From assembly GCA_051294375.1 (NCBI GenBank), contig CM119266.1, forward strand, positions 8,964,391 to 9,028,390: DNA of 64,000 nt, written 5' to 3'. The position numbers were made by a program, and so were the translations under genes. Numbering within the stretch: position 1 is the first letter of the stretch; every line of letters begins with the position of its first letter. Below, one piece after another: positions 39,036 to 52,121 of this stretch. A model generated the notes under the pieces. That model saw nothing but the letters and a program-made list of their open reading frames with translations. It searched no databases and had not been told where the DNA came from. Source of the stretch: Paraspadella gotoi (taxonomy: Eukaryota > Animalia > Chaetognatha).

Positions 39036-40429
39036 TACCACTCGGTAAATTTCGGGCGCGGAAAAATCTTGGGACCGAGAACCGTAAAAAATTCGGATAT
39101 TTTCGCGATGGGGTCAAGTTTTAGCTTAGACCACATTGCATTATATTATATATATATATATATATATATTATATATCCTCGCATGTTTTCTCGCATCTGT
39201 CTCCCTTCCTCTCATTGGTTCGTGCCTCAATTCTCTCGCCGTTCCTTCCTTCCTCCGCCGTCCCTCATTGGCCCGAACCTTCGATTCCTTTTCCTCTCTT
39301 ACCTTCCTCTTCCTCCTCTCCTCTTCCTCTAAATGGTCAAGAATCGCAATACTCCCGTATATTGGATTAACTCCCCGACTATTACTACTAACTGTTTAAC
39401 ACCATCAAAATTTAAATCCTTAATAGGCATGCGGTTTTTATTTAAAAAATAGGTCAATTCATATGCGTTACTTAAAACTAGATCTCTAAATAAGGTTAAA
39501 ATTTTACAAATCAATTATCTTAACATTGAAAAATTTTTTTTCATCGTCTAATGTATCATTGGCCGGTGCCATTGGTGGTTCGACCAATGAGCTAATCGTA
39601 TTTTATTTCCGCGGATTCTTCTCGAGTCGTTGATCCGATTCCGGTTACTCGAATCTTGATTTCTCTGCGATTGTATTAACTGACGAAAAGTAAAATTTTG
39701 TGATAAATCTACATATTTTGTGTAAAAAAAATATTGATTTAATATTTCTACATGACAAAGTTAATCAAACCAAATGAAAAGCTTTTACTAGAGCCAAACT
39801 TTGTCAATGGGGTGGGTCAGAAGTTTGATTTGGGAACCTTCCCAAATGAACTTCATACATTTCTGAGAAAGCTTTCAATGGACCAAAATTTTCTAAAATG
39901 GCTAGAAGCACTAGTAATTATTTTTTTAATATTTATTTATAAATAAAAAATATCAAAAAAATTTGGTTGAATTTTTTATTTTTAAAAGCAAATTCAGATA
40001 GATTATGAAAAGTTGTCTACACAAAGTATATTTTTTTTTCAATATTTTGATGATAAGAGGTCAAAATTTGAAAAAAATTAAAAAAATCATCCTCATCATT
40101 ATCATTTGTTTATTTTAATAGTTTTTGCTAATTTTCAGTAATAAAAGATCAAAATTTTAAAAAGGTGTAATTACATTTTCTCTTTAACTTTTTGAGCTAT
40201 ATCAGAATCAATTTAAAAAAATTAGAAAATCAAAAAAAGTTTTGACGTTATATAGCAATATAATAATTTTAATAAACGAATTACTCATGGTCAGGAACAT
40301 TTTTGCAAAAAAATATTTTAACACCATAACTAATACCAATAATAGATTCGTTTAATGCTGTTCCCATTAAAATTTAAATTTGGTCGGCTACCGCTACTTT
40401 AACGGCATCTTTTTACTGAGTGGTTTGAT

Positions 40430-40960
40430 CTGAGTATCGACAAGGGGTCCTTATTTGAACCTAGCAAAGAACTCTCATTCTATCGATCAAGTAACTGTTT
40501 AATTAATGCTTTGTATTAACCGTCTGAAGACGTACTTATGAAATTGTTTTATACAAATTGTGTCCCTATACTACTATATGGCTGTGAAGTAAAATCTTTT
40601 TTGACTCGTGACATGAACAAAATTAATGTTACTATTAATGATGGTATCAGAAAAATATTTGGATTCAATCGATGGGAAAGCATTACAGAGCTCCAGAGTT
40701 TATTTGGTTACTTTGACATTAATACCATGTTTAACCAACGTAGAAAGAATTTTATTTCTAAGATCTACTGTTCGAAAAATTGAGTTCTCAAAAGAATAGT
40801 CGCATTCTTTAATGATTGAAATATTTTAATCAATAACTTTAACCTTGTTTTGTCTATAGTGGTAGTTTTCATGCAATCTTTAACTTTTTGTCTTTAGTCT
40901 TAGCTTTTTTTTTGATGCTCATGTATGTACTGAATCAACCTTGTTGAATTAGAAATAAAA
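40430..40960 (+). mobile_element. 5'-truncated non-LTR retrotransposon (LINE) 3' end: post-RT C-terminal ORF2 plus 3' UTR
   Basis: FYRSSNCLINALY*PSEDVLMKLFYTNCVPILLYGCEV..INVTINDGIRKIFGFNRWES: the 'P.L.YGCE' motif of LINE ORF2. One in-frame stop, a T-rich UTR, and AATAAA at ~40954. Confidence 0.8.
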
Positions 40961-41415
40961 CGCATATATATAACGTTCAGGCTTTTATATTTTTTTCTCA
41001 ATTAAATGATAATGATACAGATAATGATACAGATTAATGCACAAATACATTAATAGGCAAAAAAAGAAAAAAGAAAGAAAAGTTAGGCAATCAAAGCATA
41101 GTTTCCTAGTATGTACAACAAGACTAATAAAAACATCCCTCGTCCCAACATCCTGTAAACTCGTCCGGTTTCCCAAAATCCGGCTCCAGGTTCCTTTCTC
41201 TCGGCCTCGAGTCTCCGGCGCCGAAATTCCGATGGTTTTTTTTTCATCAAAAGAAGAAATAAAACAATAAATTGAGCGTCTCGTGGGGCGCGACCTAGCG
41301 GACGACGACAATGACGACGACGTCCGGTGATCAATTATGAAGGCGATAATCGACTTCTGGTTTTTATTCATCCTCTTCTTCCATTTTTTTCTTTTTATTA
41401 ATTTTCTTTTTTTTT

Positions 41416-41515
<100 letters not shown>

Positions 41516-41958
41516 TTTCTTTCTTCTCCTTTTCCCACCCACTGCTCGAGATTCCTACAGACGCTGATATTTCCTCTTTTAATTTCACGACGAAGACGAC
41601 GACGACAACTCAGCCAGCGGACAACTAAAAAATATTTCCGAGAAATTCAGTTGGAATTTAGAAAAAAAAATATTGGAGCTAAAAAAAAAAGGAAATATGA
41701 CAGAAAAGAAAAAGAATAATAATTCATGGCGCAAAATGAAGGATTCGGTCGGAATCGAAAATCGGGGGGAAAAAAAATATGGAAATATTATAAAAAAAAA
41801 GAAAAGAAGAAAAAATGAATGAAAATAACGAAAACTTTTGACAATTATTTTTTTTTTTTAAATTGTCGACGTCGTTGTTCAAAGTCGAAGTCTTGTGTCT
41901 GGTTCCAGCGACAACCCTGTGCTGAAGTTAGTGCTCTGATTTTTTACAAAGACAAATG

Positions 41959-42022
<64 letters not shown>

Positions 42023-42025
42023 AGA

Positions 42026-42057
<32 letters not shown>

Positions 42058-44761
42058 CGTCCGCCTCCAATGTAATCGCCGGAGGCAAAAAAAGGACATC
42101 GGGAGAGAGAGAGAGACGGAGACAAAGACGCTGACTCGGGAGGGCGACGCCAGGCGTCGCATCGGAATTTCAAATCCAGAATCCAAAACAAAAGGCGAAC
42201 GAAAGGGGAAACAAAAGGGACGAAACAAAAGGTTTGAAAAGATACCAAAAAAAAAAGATATTAAAACGACGGAAGAAAAAAAATACGTTGACGAATGAAA
42301 ATTATTCGCCTTGATTTTAAAACTAAACTCGAACATCGGGCAAATTAAATTGCTGTTATTATTCGATTTGCAAGTCCTGAAAAACAAATTAAGCTAATTA
42401 TGATTTAGGTTGTTGTTGCCGTACCTGTCTTTTAAACGGAAAGTCAGCTGACCTGTCATTACATAGAATGTCCGGAGTCAGGGGCCAGATAAATTATTAT
42501 TTAAATGAAAGAATAATTTTGTGTTCGTTGCACTAATTTTAAAAGCTAATGAGGACGATATTAACCTTTTTTTTTTCAAAACATCATTAATACTCATGAG
42601 TCGAAATCATAATTGGTAAAGTCTCATTACAAAAGTGTGAAACCTATAATGTGCAACTCAAGGTAATTATTGTGTATGCCCTTCAAATCCGAAATAGTTT
42701 TAAAAACGTTTAAAAAAAAAACCAAAGATTGCAATATATGCTAACAAGGCTATCAGCATTCATAACAAAGTACTGCCAACTTCGTCGAGCGAGCTTTTAC
42801 CGATTCTACTTTCTCTTTCCTTTGTTTTTTTTTCTTTCCTTCTTTTTTCGACTTTCCTTTTTTTTTTCCCCCTTTTCCTCCGTGCAAAAAATACTGCTCC
42901 CCGAAGGATATCATGACTGGAAAGCCCGAGCGGGGCCAATGATTTCCCGTCTTGTCGATGGGCCAAACCAACAAACGGGAGGCCGAGACTCCGCGCCAAC
43001 GATGGAAACAAATCGTTCCTCGGTTCGGATGTGTTGGGGGGGAGGGGGCGGAGGGGAAGAGATAGGGTGAGTGGGGATTAGTGGGGGTAGTTTGAGGGTG
43101 GGGAGTTTTGTGGGGGGGGTGAAAAAAATAAGTGTGATGATGTATTTGAGCGAACCGATTGACGATTGCGGTCGTTTACCCCCGGGCGCCTATCTCTCCT
43201 CTCTCTCTCTCTCTCTCTCTCTTCTCTCCTCTCTCTCTCTCCTCTCTCTCTCCTCTCTCTCTCTCTCATCTCTCTCTCTCTCTCTCCGTCGTGTCAAAGA
43301 TCAAACCTCCTCTTCTTCTCAACAAGAGATTCGATTAGATTTCTATTGGCCTCAGTTTTTTTTCTCTCTTCGTCTCAAACTCTCACCTCGATTTCCTTCT
43401 TCTTCTTTTTTTTTTTTTTTTTTTTTTTGAAAGTTGCTTTTATTTTTCTCGCTGTTTTTTTGCTTTACTTTTAGCAACGGAGTGTCTTTAGTTGAGCCGC
43501 TAGCAATCGCGTAGCAACTTTTTCATGAAATTGGTACAACCAATATAAAAATTATCCATTCATTTAATAAATAAGCAATCTTGCCCCTGACTTTGGACAG
43601 ACAAAAAAAAAAAGACTTTGGTGGTTTAAGGTCTCCATCACTCTTACAAGATAATGACATCGCAGGTCCCTGCAAGCTTTTCATACGTCGGTCGGGGTGT
43701 TCGTACGTTTTAAACGCCTATTCATCTGATAACACTGTAATAATGAATCTTCTACGTGCTACGATTCTGACGTACTCAATTAATTATTTTCTTTTGTGTT
43801 TAGTGTTTAGTGCGAGTAGTCGTCGTTGTTATCGTGGGCATCGATACTGCCGCGCTGACGGCAATGTTGTCATTATTTTCGATGCTGTCGCTTTTAAAAA
43901 GACGCACGGTACTACAATAATCTCCCGCTCATTAGTGCGAGTAAATCAATCCTAGAGTAATGAAGTCATGAATAAAGTAATAAAAAAAAGGCGATGGAAA
44001 AATAAAGAGAGGTTTTTTTTATTTTCTTTTATCTTTCTTTTTTTTTTCGTACATTCACCTCCATCTTTTTTCTTCCTCTTTAAAACCCATTAGCCACTTG
44101 TTTCCAAAGCCATTTGTTTACCTCTTTTCTCCGATTAGCGAAGTCCTCACCATTTTTCTCGGCGTCTTCTCTCCGCCAGAGTCCGCCGCCGATCGCCGTT
44201 GCTCTTTTTTTTTCGATTTCTCTTCACAGTGAATGACGGAATGATTAATCGAAAAATATTTAATTTAATATAAATATTTTTCTCTGGGCTGGGGCAAGGA
44301 TATAAAATCATTTTGATATCGCTGAAATATTCTAAAAATCGCGGTTTAACTCATCAAAACTGCAAGATTATTCTAAATCTAATTTAATTTTCCGAACGAA
44401 TTTTAGGCAAAGTTACTAAAACTAGTCGAAGCTTTTCAGAGTCAGTTATCAGTCTTTGGTCTTAAGTTTTATTAAAATATTAAGAACTATTGTGGTTAAC
44501 CGGTCGTTAATTAGCCTAAGAGTCTTTTTACATTTTAAATCATTAATTCCGAAATGCAGGTGCGTCGGCGGACGATTTGAAAAAAAGAACCGAGAAAATA
44601 ACGATTATAAAACGCGGAACGATTTTATTCCTTTGTTCAAAATCAAAATGGAATATTACAACGAAGGAAAACATTCACGACCAATCAGGGTCAGCCGATT
44701 CCGTTAGCTCTCGAATTCGATTCCATTGTATCGTGTACGCAGAATGACGTTGTTGTTTCTG

Positions 44762-44945
44762 GCGTTGTTGTCGTTGCCACCGTCTTTGTCGTCGTTGTCA
44801 CCGTCTTTGTTGTCGTTGTCACCGTCTTCGCTGTCGTTGTCACCGTCCTTGTTGTCGTTGTCGCCGTCCATGTTGTCGTTGTCACCGTCCTTGTTGTCGT
44901 TGTCACCGTCCATGTTGTCGTTGTCACCGTCTTTGTCATCGTCGA
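44762..44945. repeat. 21-bp minisatellite (GTTGTCACCGTCCTTGTTGTC), ~8 copies
   Basis: Tandem units; reads DGDNDNK repeats on the minus strand. Confidence 0.9.
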
Positions 44946-45656
44946 CATTATCGAAGATCATCGGGAATCGAATGAATCCGCGCGAAATAAAAACGCGAGA
45001 AATGTTTCGCTCCGATAAACATTTTCTTTTTCTTTTTAACGGAAATCGATTTTCTTTCTTTCTTTTATTTCTTGATTCGAAGAATAAAAGTGAAGGAGAA
45101 AAAGTGAAGAGGTTTAGTTTTTATGTTGACGCCGTAAGGGGGTCAACCAACGGTAGATTACTGTCTCTCTCTCTCTTTCTCTTTTTCTCTCTTTCTCTCT
45201 TTCTTTATTTTTTTCTATATTTATTTCTTTCTTTCTCTCTTTTTCTTTCTTTATTTCTTTCTCTCTCTGCTCCCTCTCACTCTCCTTGATCGAGTACCGC
45301 CTACATTTACGAACTTCCTTCGTCTATAAATAAAAAAATATTTAGGAACTCACTCTCCCCCTTTCCATCTCAAACTCACCCTCTCTTTTTTCCCCTCACC
45401 CAAGGGCCACCCCCTCCCCTGTGTTTCGCCAATATCTCGCCAACGCGAAATCTATTCCCAAAAAATCAGAAACCAAAAAAAAAAAAGAAAATAAGCGAAA
45501 AAATAAATGAATAAAACCCCAAAAAACTCACACAGCTTACGAGATATTTTTTTTTCTCTTTCTTTTAAAATCGGCCTTGAGACGGAGGCGTCCTCGAGTG
45601 GGCGGATCCACTCCGAAAAGCCCTTCACACAAATTATGTTCTTCTCATCTTTTTCA

Positions 45657-45691
<35 letters not shown>

Positions 45692-46619
45692 TTCATTGTT
45701 GAAGATCCACTTGACCCAAACTTTAACGCCTCCTTCATTTCAGTCTTAATGCTTTTTCACTCGGTCGTCGAAAACAACGAGCGCCATCTTGCTCGGCTGC
45801 CTCATCTCACCGTTTCTAAACTTACCCTACCGTGTACCACGATTCGATTCCTTGCCCTACTTATTTCTCTCACTTGGTTCTGTGAGGTAGAAAGTGACCA
45901 CTGATCAATTTCGGGGTTTCTCTCTCATTTTGTCTCTTTCTCTCTTTTTCTCCCTCTGTCACTCTCCTTCCCCTATCTCTCTCCCTCTCTCTCTCTCTTT
46001 CTCTCTCTCTCTCTACCAATTAAGCTCCGTCTCTCTTCGTTGCCTTGCGAGGGAAGAACGCCAATAATTCCTTGACGTTATGAGAATTCGCATTTCGTTG
46101 TTGAAACCAAATCGATTTGGATAAGAGATGAACCAAAAATTTATCATTAATGATCTAAAATTAATCATCACGAATACTAATTAGAATAATTTGAATATTA
46201 AAAAAAATTCTGATTAAATGATATTATTCTCATAAATAATACCAAATAAATTTGCATTAACAATTTCAGTTATTTTTTTCATTTCGCCACGAACATGATC
46301 CAGAAAATTCTCAAATATTTTCGAATGCGCACTGCACACTTTTCATGCTATGCGGCGACTTAAAAAAAAAACATATCATATTTCTCCACTATTTCGAAAT
46401 CGACAGCGACCAATGACAACGACGACGTAGACGACGACGACGACAACGACGACGAAGACGGCGACGATGACAACGACGATGAAAACGACGATGAACGCTT
46501 TTTCTTTGTTTACTTTTCTAATAATAAAAAAAGGGAATCTTTAAGAAAATGTCAAAGGAGGCAGCGACATCCCCAGGCGGCATTTAGCATCGCGACGCCA
46601 TTGCTTCAGTTGCGGTCTG

Positions 46620-46660
<41 letters not shown>

Positions 46661-46679
46661 AGAGAATGAGAGAGAGAGA

Positions 46680-46712
<33 letters not shown>

Positions 46713-47087
46713 GAGTGAGAGTGAGAGAGAGGGAGAGGGAGAGGAGGGAGAGAGAGAAAGAAAGACCGCCAGACAGACCAACAGAGATAGAGGGATACAA
46801 AAAGAGGAGACGGAGACGAAGACAGAGATAGAGAGAGAGAGACATTCATATTAATGTGGTCGAACGAAATGTTTTCAGACGTGATTTTATCATTTCAGCG
46901 TCGCCCTCTTCCGATCGCTGCGACCTCCCCCCCAAAGTGGAGGGAGGGACGCAGAGGGTGTGATGAGAAAATTGGACCCAGACCGGTTTAATATCGAGTT
47001 GTGGACAAATTAGAAACTTGGAATCCTATTTATATCGCAAAGCATATGTCTGATACTGTACAAAATATACAATGCCATCACCAAAAT

Positions 47088-47525
47088 TATAAAATTGGTA
47101 CAACCAATATAAAATTATCCATTCATTTAATAAATAAGCTATCTTGCCCGCGACTTTGGACAGGCTTTGGTGGTTTAAGGCCTCCATCACTCTTACAAGA
47201 TAATGACATAGCAGGTCCCTGCAAGCTTTCAATCAAGACTCTCTCACAGTCTTGTTTATTCACTCCCAGAGTACCTGGTCTTCCCTATCAATGAAGTGGA
47301 AAATATTTCAAAGAATGTTTCAATTGTATGAGAAGCCACTCCCTTAAGTATTAGATCGGGAATACTTATTGTACTCCGCACTGCATCCAAATACAAGGAG
47401 CTGAATTTTATGAAATTGGTACAACCAATATAAAAATTATCCATTCATTTAATAAATAAGCTATCTTGCCCTGACTTTGGACAGGCTTTGGTGGTTTAAG
47501 GCCTCCATCACTCTTACAAGATAAT
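47088..47525 (+). mobile_element. Interspersed repeat family with an internal ~115-bp direct repeat; other copies at 43522-43683, 6890-6970 (minus), 54114-54551 and 60881-60915
   Basis: Shared AAATTGGTACAACCAATATAAAA..GCTATCTTG..ACTTTGGACAGGCTTTGG..GACTCTCTCACAGTC. Confidence 0.65.
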
Positions 47526-47859
47526 ATTATGTATGAAAAAGGAAGAACAGATTGAGATGAAAATATAGTATCTCTTTTCTCTCCCTCTCTCACCTCTCTC
47601 TCTCTCTTCCTCTCTCTCTCTCTCCCTCCCTCCCTCCTCCCTCCTCCTCCCCCTCTCCATCTCCCTTTCCCCCCAAGTTCTTAAACTTTAAAACTAACCC
47701 CATAATTTGAGACAAAGCTGAGCTCATAAAGAGACTCATTGCCTCTTCGTGCAATTTTTAACTCTTGAAATAAACTCGCCTCTCGTCGGCAAAAAAACCT
47801 TTACTCTTTCTTCCTTGAAATTTCCCTTAAGTGTCCGGACACATGCAAACACGATCACG

Positions 47860-47954
<95 letters not shown>

Positions 47955-48854
47955 CCTCCTCCGCTCTGTTATTCCATCGTTTCTCCTTTCTTCGCTCCGC
48001 CTCCCCTTTCCCTCTTTCAATTAAAGGGAGGGTTTTCTAAAGCGGAAATTAAAAAAACAAAACAGCATACATCCGTCCGTCCATTCATCCATCTATACAT
48101 CCATCAATCTATTGATTCATCATCAATCCACCCAGACCGTGAGATAAGCCTTCGACCTGACATTCGGAATATTTCTTTAGTCTTTCTGCCTCCTTTTCTT
48201 TCTTTCTGTTTCGTTAGTCTTAAACTATAAGAATACAATATACAAATAACTACAAGTAACTACTATATAATTTTGTAATTTCGTTCTTTTATTCTATCGC
48301 CAGGCATACCAAAACCCTCACAGTCCTTACCTCTTCCTCCCGCTTCTCAAATTGACTTACCTCCCCTCCTTATCGTGCTCCTCCACTCACCTCCCCCCCA
48401 CCGACCGCCTCATGAAAAGGATTATGACCATCATGAGCCGAAGGAAGGATTTCATTTTTTTTTTTTTAATAACAAAAATAACAACACAGAGTTTCAATCA
48501 CTTTGAAGCGAGCGTTCCGGGGAAATGGAGGGACAGAAGGGTAGTACGGTGAAAAGGATGGGGCCAGATATTTTTAGATCGATTTTCGGAACGTTCCTTC
48601 ATTTTTCAGTTTGTTTCTTGCTCGAGAACTTGACAAGTTTTCCCGTCTGTCCGTCTGTCAGTCCGTCGAGTCTTCGGCACAAAAAAAAAATCTTCTGCAA
48701 TAGTAACGCCGTTCACCCCCCCCCCCCCCCCCCCAAAAAAAAGTGATTTTCTCTCTCCGACTTGAAGAGGCGTTTCGAATTTTAAAAAAACTTGACGTAA
48801 GCGGATGTATAAAGACAGCGACGCCCAAAAACTTTCACGTCGCCTTGCAACCGT

Positions 48855-49150
48855 CTTTTTAGTTACCGCGCGAAGTGCTCGCGGAGCAATTCTATAAGTC
48901 ACTTTTCGCGTCCGTCGGTCCGTCGATATGTCTGTCCGTTAAAAATGCATATAATTTGACTATGATCTAAGGTACTGCTAGCGCCGACTTCAGGAATTCC
49001 TAAAACTATAAGGTATAAAAGACGAAATTTCGATGCAGAGCATGTCAAAAATACACGAGCAAAGATTCGTTAATCATGTCATATTTGATCATGAATATAA
49101 AGTCACCGCGGCGCAACGCATTATGAATTACCCTTCTTTTTTTTAGTTTT
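48855..49150 (+). mobile_element. Helentron/DINE-1-like non-autonomous element (also at ~55882-56177 and ~62228-62520)
   Basis: TTTTTAG start, short GC hairpin CCGCG..CGCGG, CTATAAG, GTCCGTCGGTCCGTC microsatellite, embedded in T-runs. Confidence 0.5.
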
Positions 49151-49458
49151 TCAGAATCTTTTCTTTTCTTTTTTTTTTGGAAAGAATTTTTCTGGTTTCT
49201 CGAAAGGGACGACCTTTAGTAAAGGCTTTACCGGTTTTTGCTCTGAGAGAAAAAAAAAATCTCTCGAAATTGAATTTCTGGTGTTTTTTAGTCTTAGGGG
49301 AAATGGGGGGAGTGGGGGCGGAAGATGAAAGTGAAGTCGGAGAGAGAAAATATCAAAGCGAAACTCAAAGTCTTTCTATCTTTATTTTTTTACCTTCTTT
49401 CTTTATTTTTTGTCTCTCGCTTCTTTCTCTTTCTTATTTCTTTCTTCTTTCTTTCTTT

Positions 49459-49490
<32 letters not shown>

Positions 49491-49809
49491 TTTTTCTCTG
49501 CCTATTTTCTTTTCTTTTTTTCTATCTTTTTTCTTCCTATAATTGCGATATTGTGGACGTAATGAATATAATACATATAATCGACAATAGCCATCATGCT
49601 TTCTCTGGCTCTAGAATTACAATCCCGCTATACCGCTTCGCTCTACTGCCCCTCCACCTATTGACTCCTTTCAACCCAAACTCCAGACAAAATATCCTCA
49701 ATCATTCGCCCACGCGTCTCCATTATTCCCGAAATGACCTGCGGTCTGTATTGACGCATCGAAAGCACCTTCCCTTCCCTCTCCTTCTCTTCTCTCTCAT
49801 CTCTCTCTC

Positions 49810-49852
<43 letters not shown>

Positions 49853-50249
49853 CGATCTTGTCATTTTAGGCTTTTCGGTCGGATGCTTCCTCTACTCCTT
49901 ACTTTTCTCTCGGTACCTTCTCTTCCTTTCCTTCTCTTTTTTATTTCTTCTTTTTTTAGTTCGTTTTCATTTCTTTTACTTTTTTCGTCCTTATTTTCTC
50001 TCTTTTCTTTTTTTTTTGTCTTTCTCCTTCATTGGACTAAGTCGTGTTGACTCCTTTTCCTTGATCACTGTCTCACCTCTTTCTCCTCCTCCTCCTCTTC
50101 CTCTTCCTCCTCTCATTTTCTTACATTTGCCTTGCAGTTTAACTCTACTCCCTTCACACCCCTTAAGCCCTTCCCGCCATACATTTATCTCTTTCTCTTT
50201 AACTTCCTTTACATCATTCCAGGCCTTACTTCTTTTCCGCCCACCCCCC

Positions 50250-50303
<54 letters not shown>

Positions 50304-51531
50304 TGCTCATCTCTCTCTGCTCTCTCTCACGTGCTCTTTTCTCTCTTCCTTCACATTAATAGAAGAAACGCTTAAAGAGCGAATTTCTTTTCCTAAGAAT
50401 TTTAAAACGAAGAACGTTAAAGAGGAATTATTACACACAACAGCAGCTTGAGGGTGGACATCCCTTTCCTCACCAAACGATTGATAACGGAGGATGATAT
50501 ACTTATCGGATCTCCCTCTCTCAATCCCCCAATCCCCCAGTGCGATAATCCCGATCCCCGATCTCCCAAATCATTCCTTCTCACCTTGTCATTTAAATCT
50601 TCACCTTTTAAGGATCGAAATTTCATCGTCACTTCCCCACGCCCCTCTCCGCGCCACATTCAAGCCACGACCCGCGTCATGACCCGCGGCCACTCCAAAG
50701 GCCACACTCCACGCCACTCCTGTCCCACAGTGCGATTATTTGTAACAGACGTAATTTGCCCCTCTCCCCCTTGCCCTACTCTTTTTAACACTCTCCAGTC
50801 TTCATTGCTACTCCTCACGCCACAGTTCCACGCCACTCTCCGCCCCAATATTCACACACAACCGCTTCACTACCACTTCTGACGCCCACTCCAAAAGCCG
50901 CTCTCATCCACTCCCGATGCATACTTCAAGCCACTTCTTCACGACAGTCTCAGCCTCATTCCCCACGCCACTTCCACCCCCCCAACCACTCTCCCACTCC
51001 CACCCCCTATTTTACCGCCCCCTCCATTGCCTCCACCCCTATACCCTACCTAATCTCCACCCGTACCACCCTTTTCACCACCCTCTTGTCTCCCCCTTCA
51101 CCATGAGAATTTCTCTTCTTTCTTCTTCCATAAAATTCTCTCTTCGATCGAATCGCGTTTCTCCAACAAATTTATTCCCTCGACTCTACTTCCGGCTTGA
51201 AGGAGGCGCCGCAGCCCGCCGCAGTCCGCCGCAGGCCCGCCGCAGCCCCGCCGCCGGTTAAGCCGTCCTACGCGCGAAATTCGGGCGCCGGGTCTGATCG
51301 GCGGCGTCTGGAATGGCACCGGCGTCAACCTAGAGAGAGAGAGGATGAGAGTAGGGAGAGAGAGAGAGAGAGAGCAGAGAGAGAGAGAGAGAGAGGAAGA
51401 GAGAGAGAGAGAGACGCCACCGTGAGGTAAATTCGGGGCGCCGCGCTCGAGTTTAAGATAGGCGATGGAGCGGCGCGCATGAGAAGCTGGCGCCGTGTAG
51501 AGAGTTATTCGAACGACGCGGTTTCTTGAGA

Positions 51532-51573
<42 letters not shown>

Positions 51574-52086
51574 GAGAGAGAGAGAGACGAGAGAGAGAGA
51601 GAGAGAGAGGGGGGGGGAGGAAGAGAAGAGGAAGCGAATATTTGAGATTTTAGTGTTGAGCTTTCCTTATGTTTTTGTTTAGTCGTTTCGTGTCACATGT
51701 TCTGTTTCTTTCTCAATAGGCCAAAATTAATTAAAATTACTGGTGCATCCAACGTATTCATTAATCGATAATAAATATTCGAAATATTCGCCGGAAAAAT
51801 AATAATAATTGAAAATCCTGAGAATCTTGATGAGGATTCCACTGTATTCGCTGATGTGGATTAATAATCTCATGAATCTGGATGCGTCAACCTTATAATT
51901 ATGATTTAATTCATTTCAAAACTTTGCATTTTTCTCTCTTCAATTTCACGCGCGGCGGCTTCATCGCGAAGCGCCTTTCGTTACCATATCACGAAAATGC
52001 TTAGTGACGCCGAGAGAGAGAGAGAGATAGAGAGAGAGAGGAGAGAGAGGAGATGAGAGAGAGAGAGAAGAGAAGACGAGAGAGAA

Positions 52087-52121
<35 letters not shown>

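Noticed and set aside
27900-39100. Polinton terminal inverted repeats, pPolB, integrase and protease
   Set aside because: None could be identified by eye, so element boundaries are not called.
39560-40420. Possible non-autonomous DNA transposon
   Set aside because: No TIRs, TSD or second copy visible.
44704-44961. Asp/Asn-rich DGDNDNK protein
   Set aside because: A 21-bp minisatellite open in several frames; no splice or homology support.
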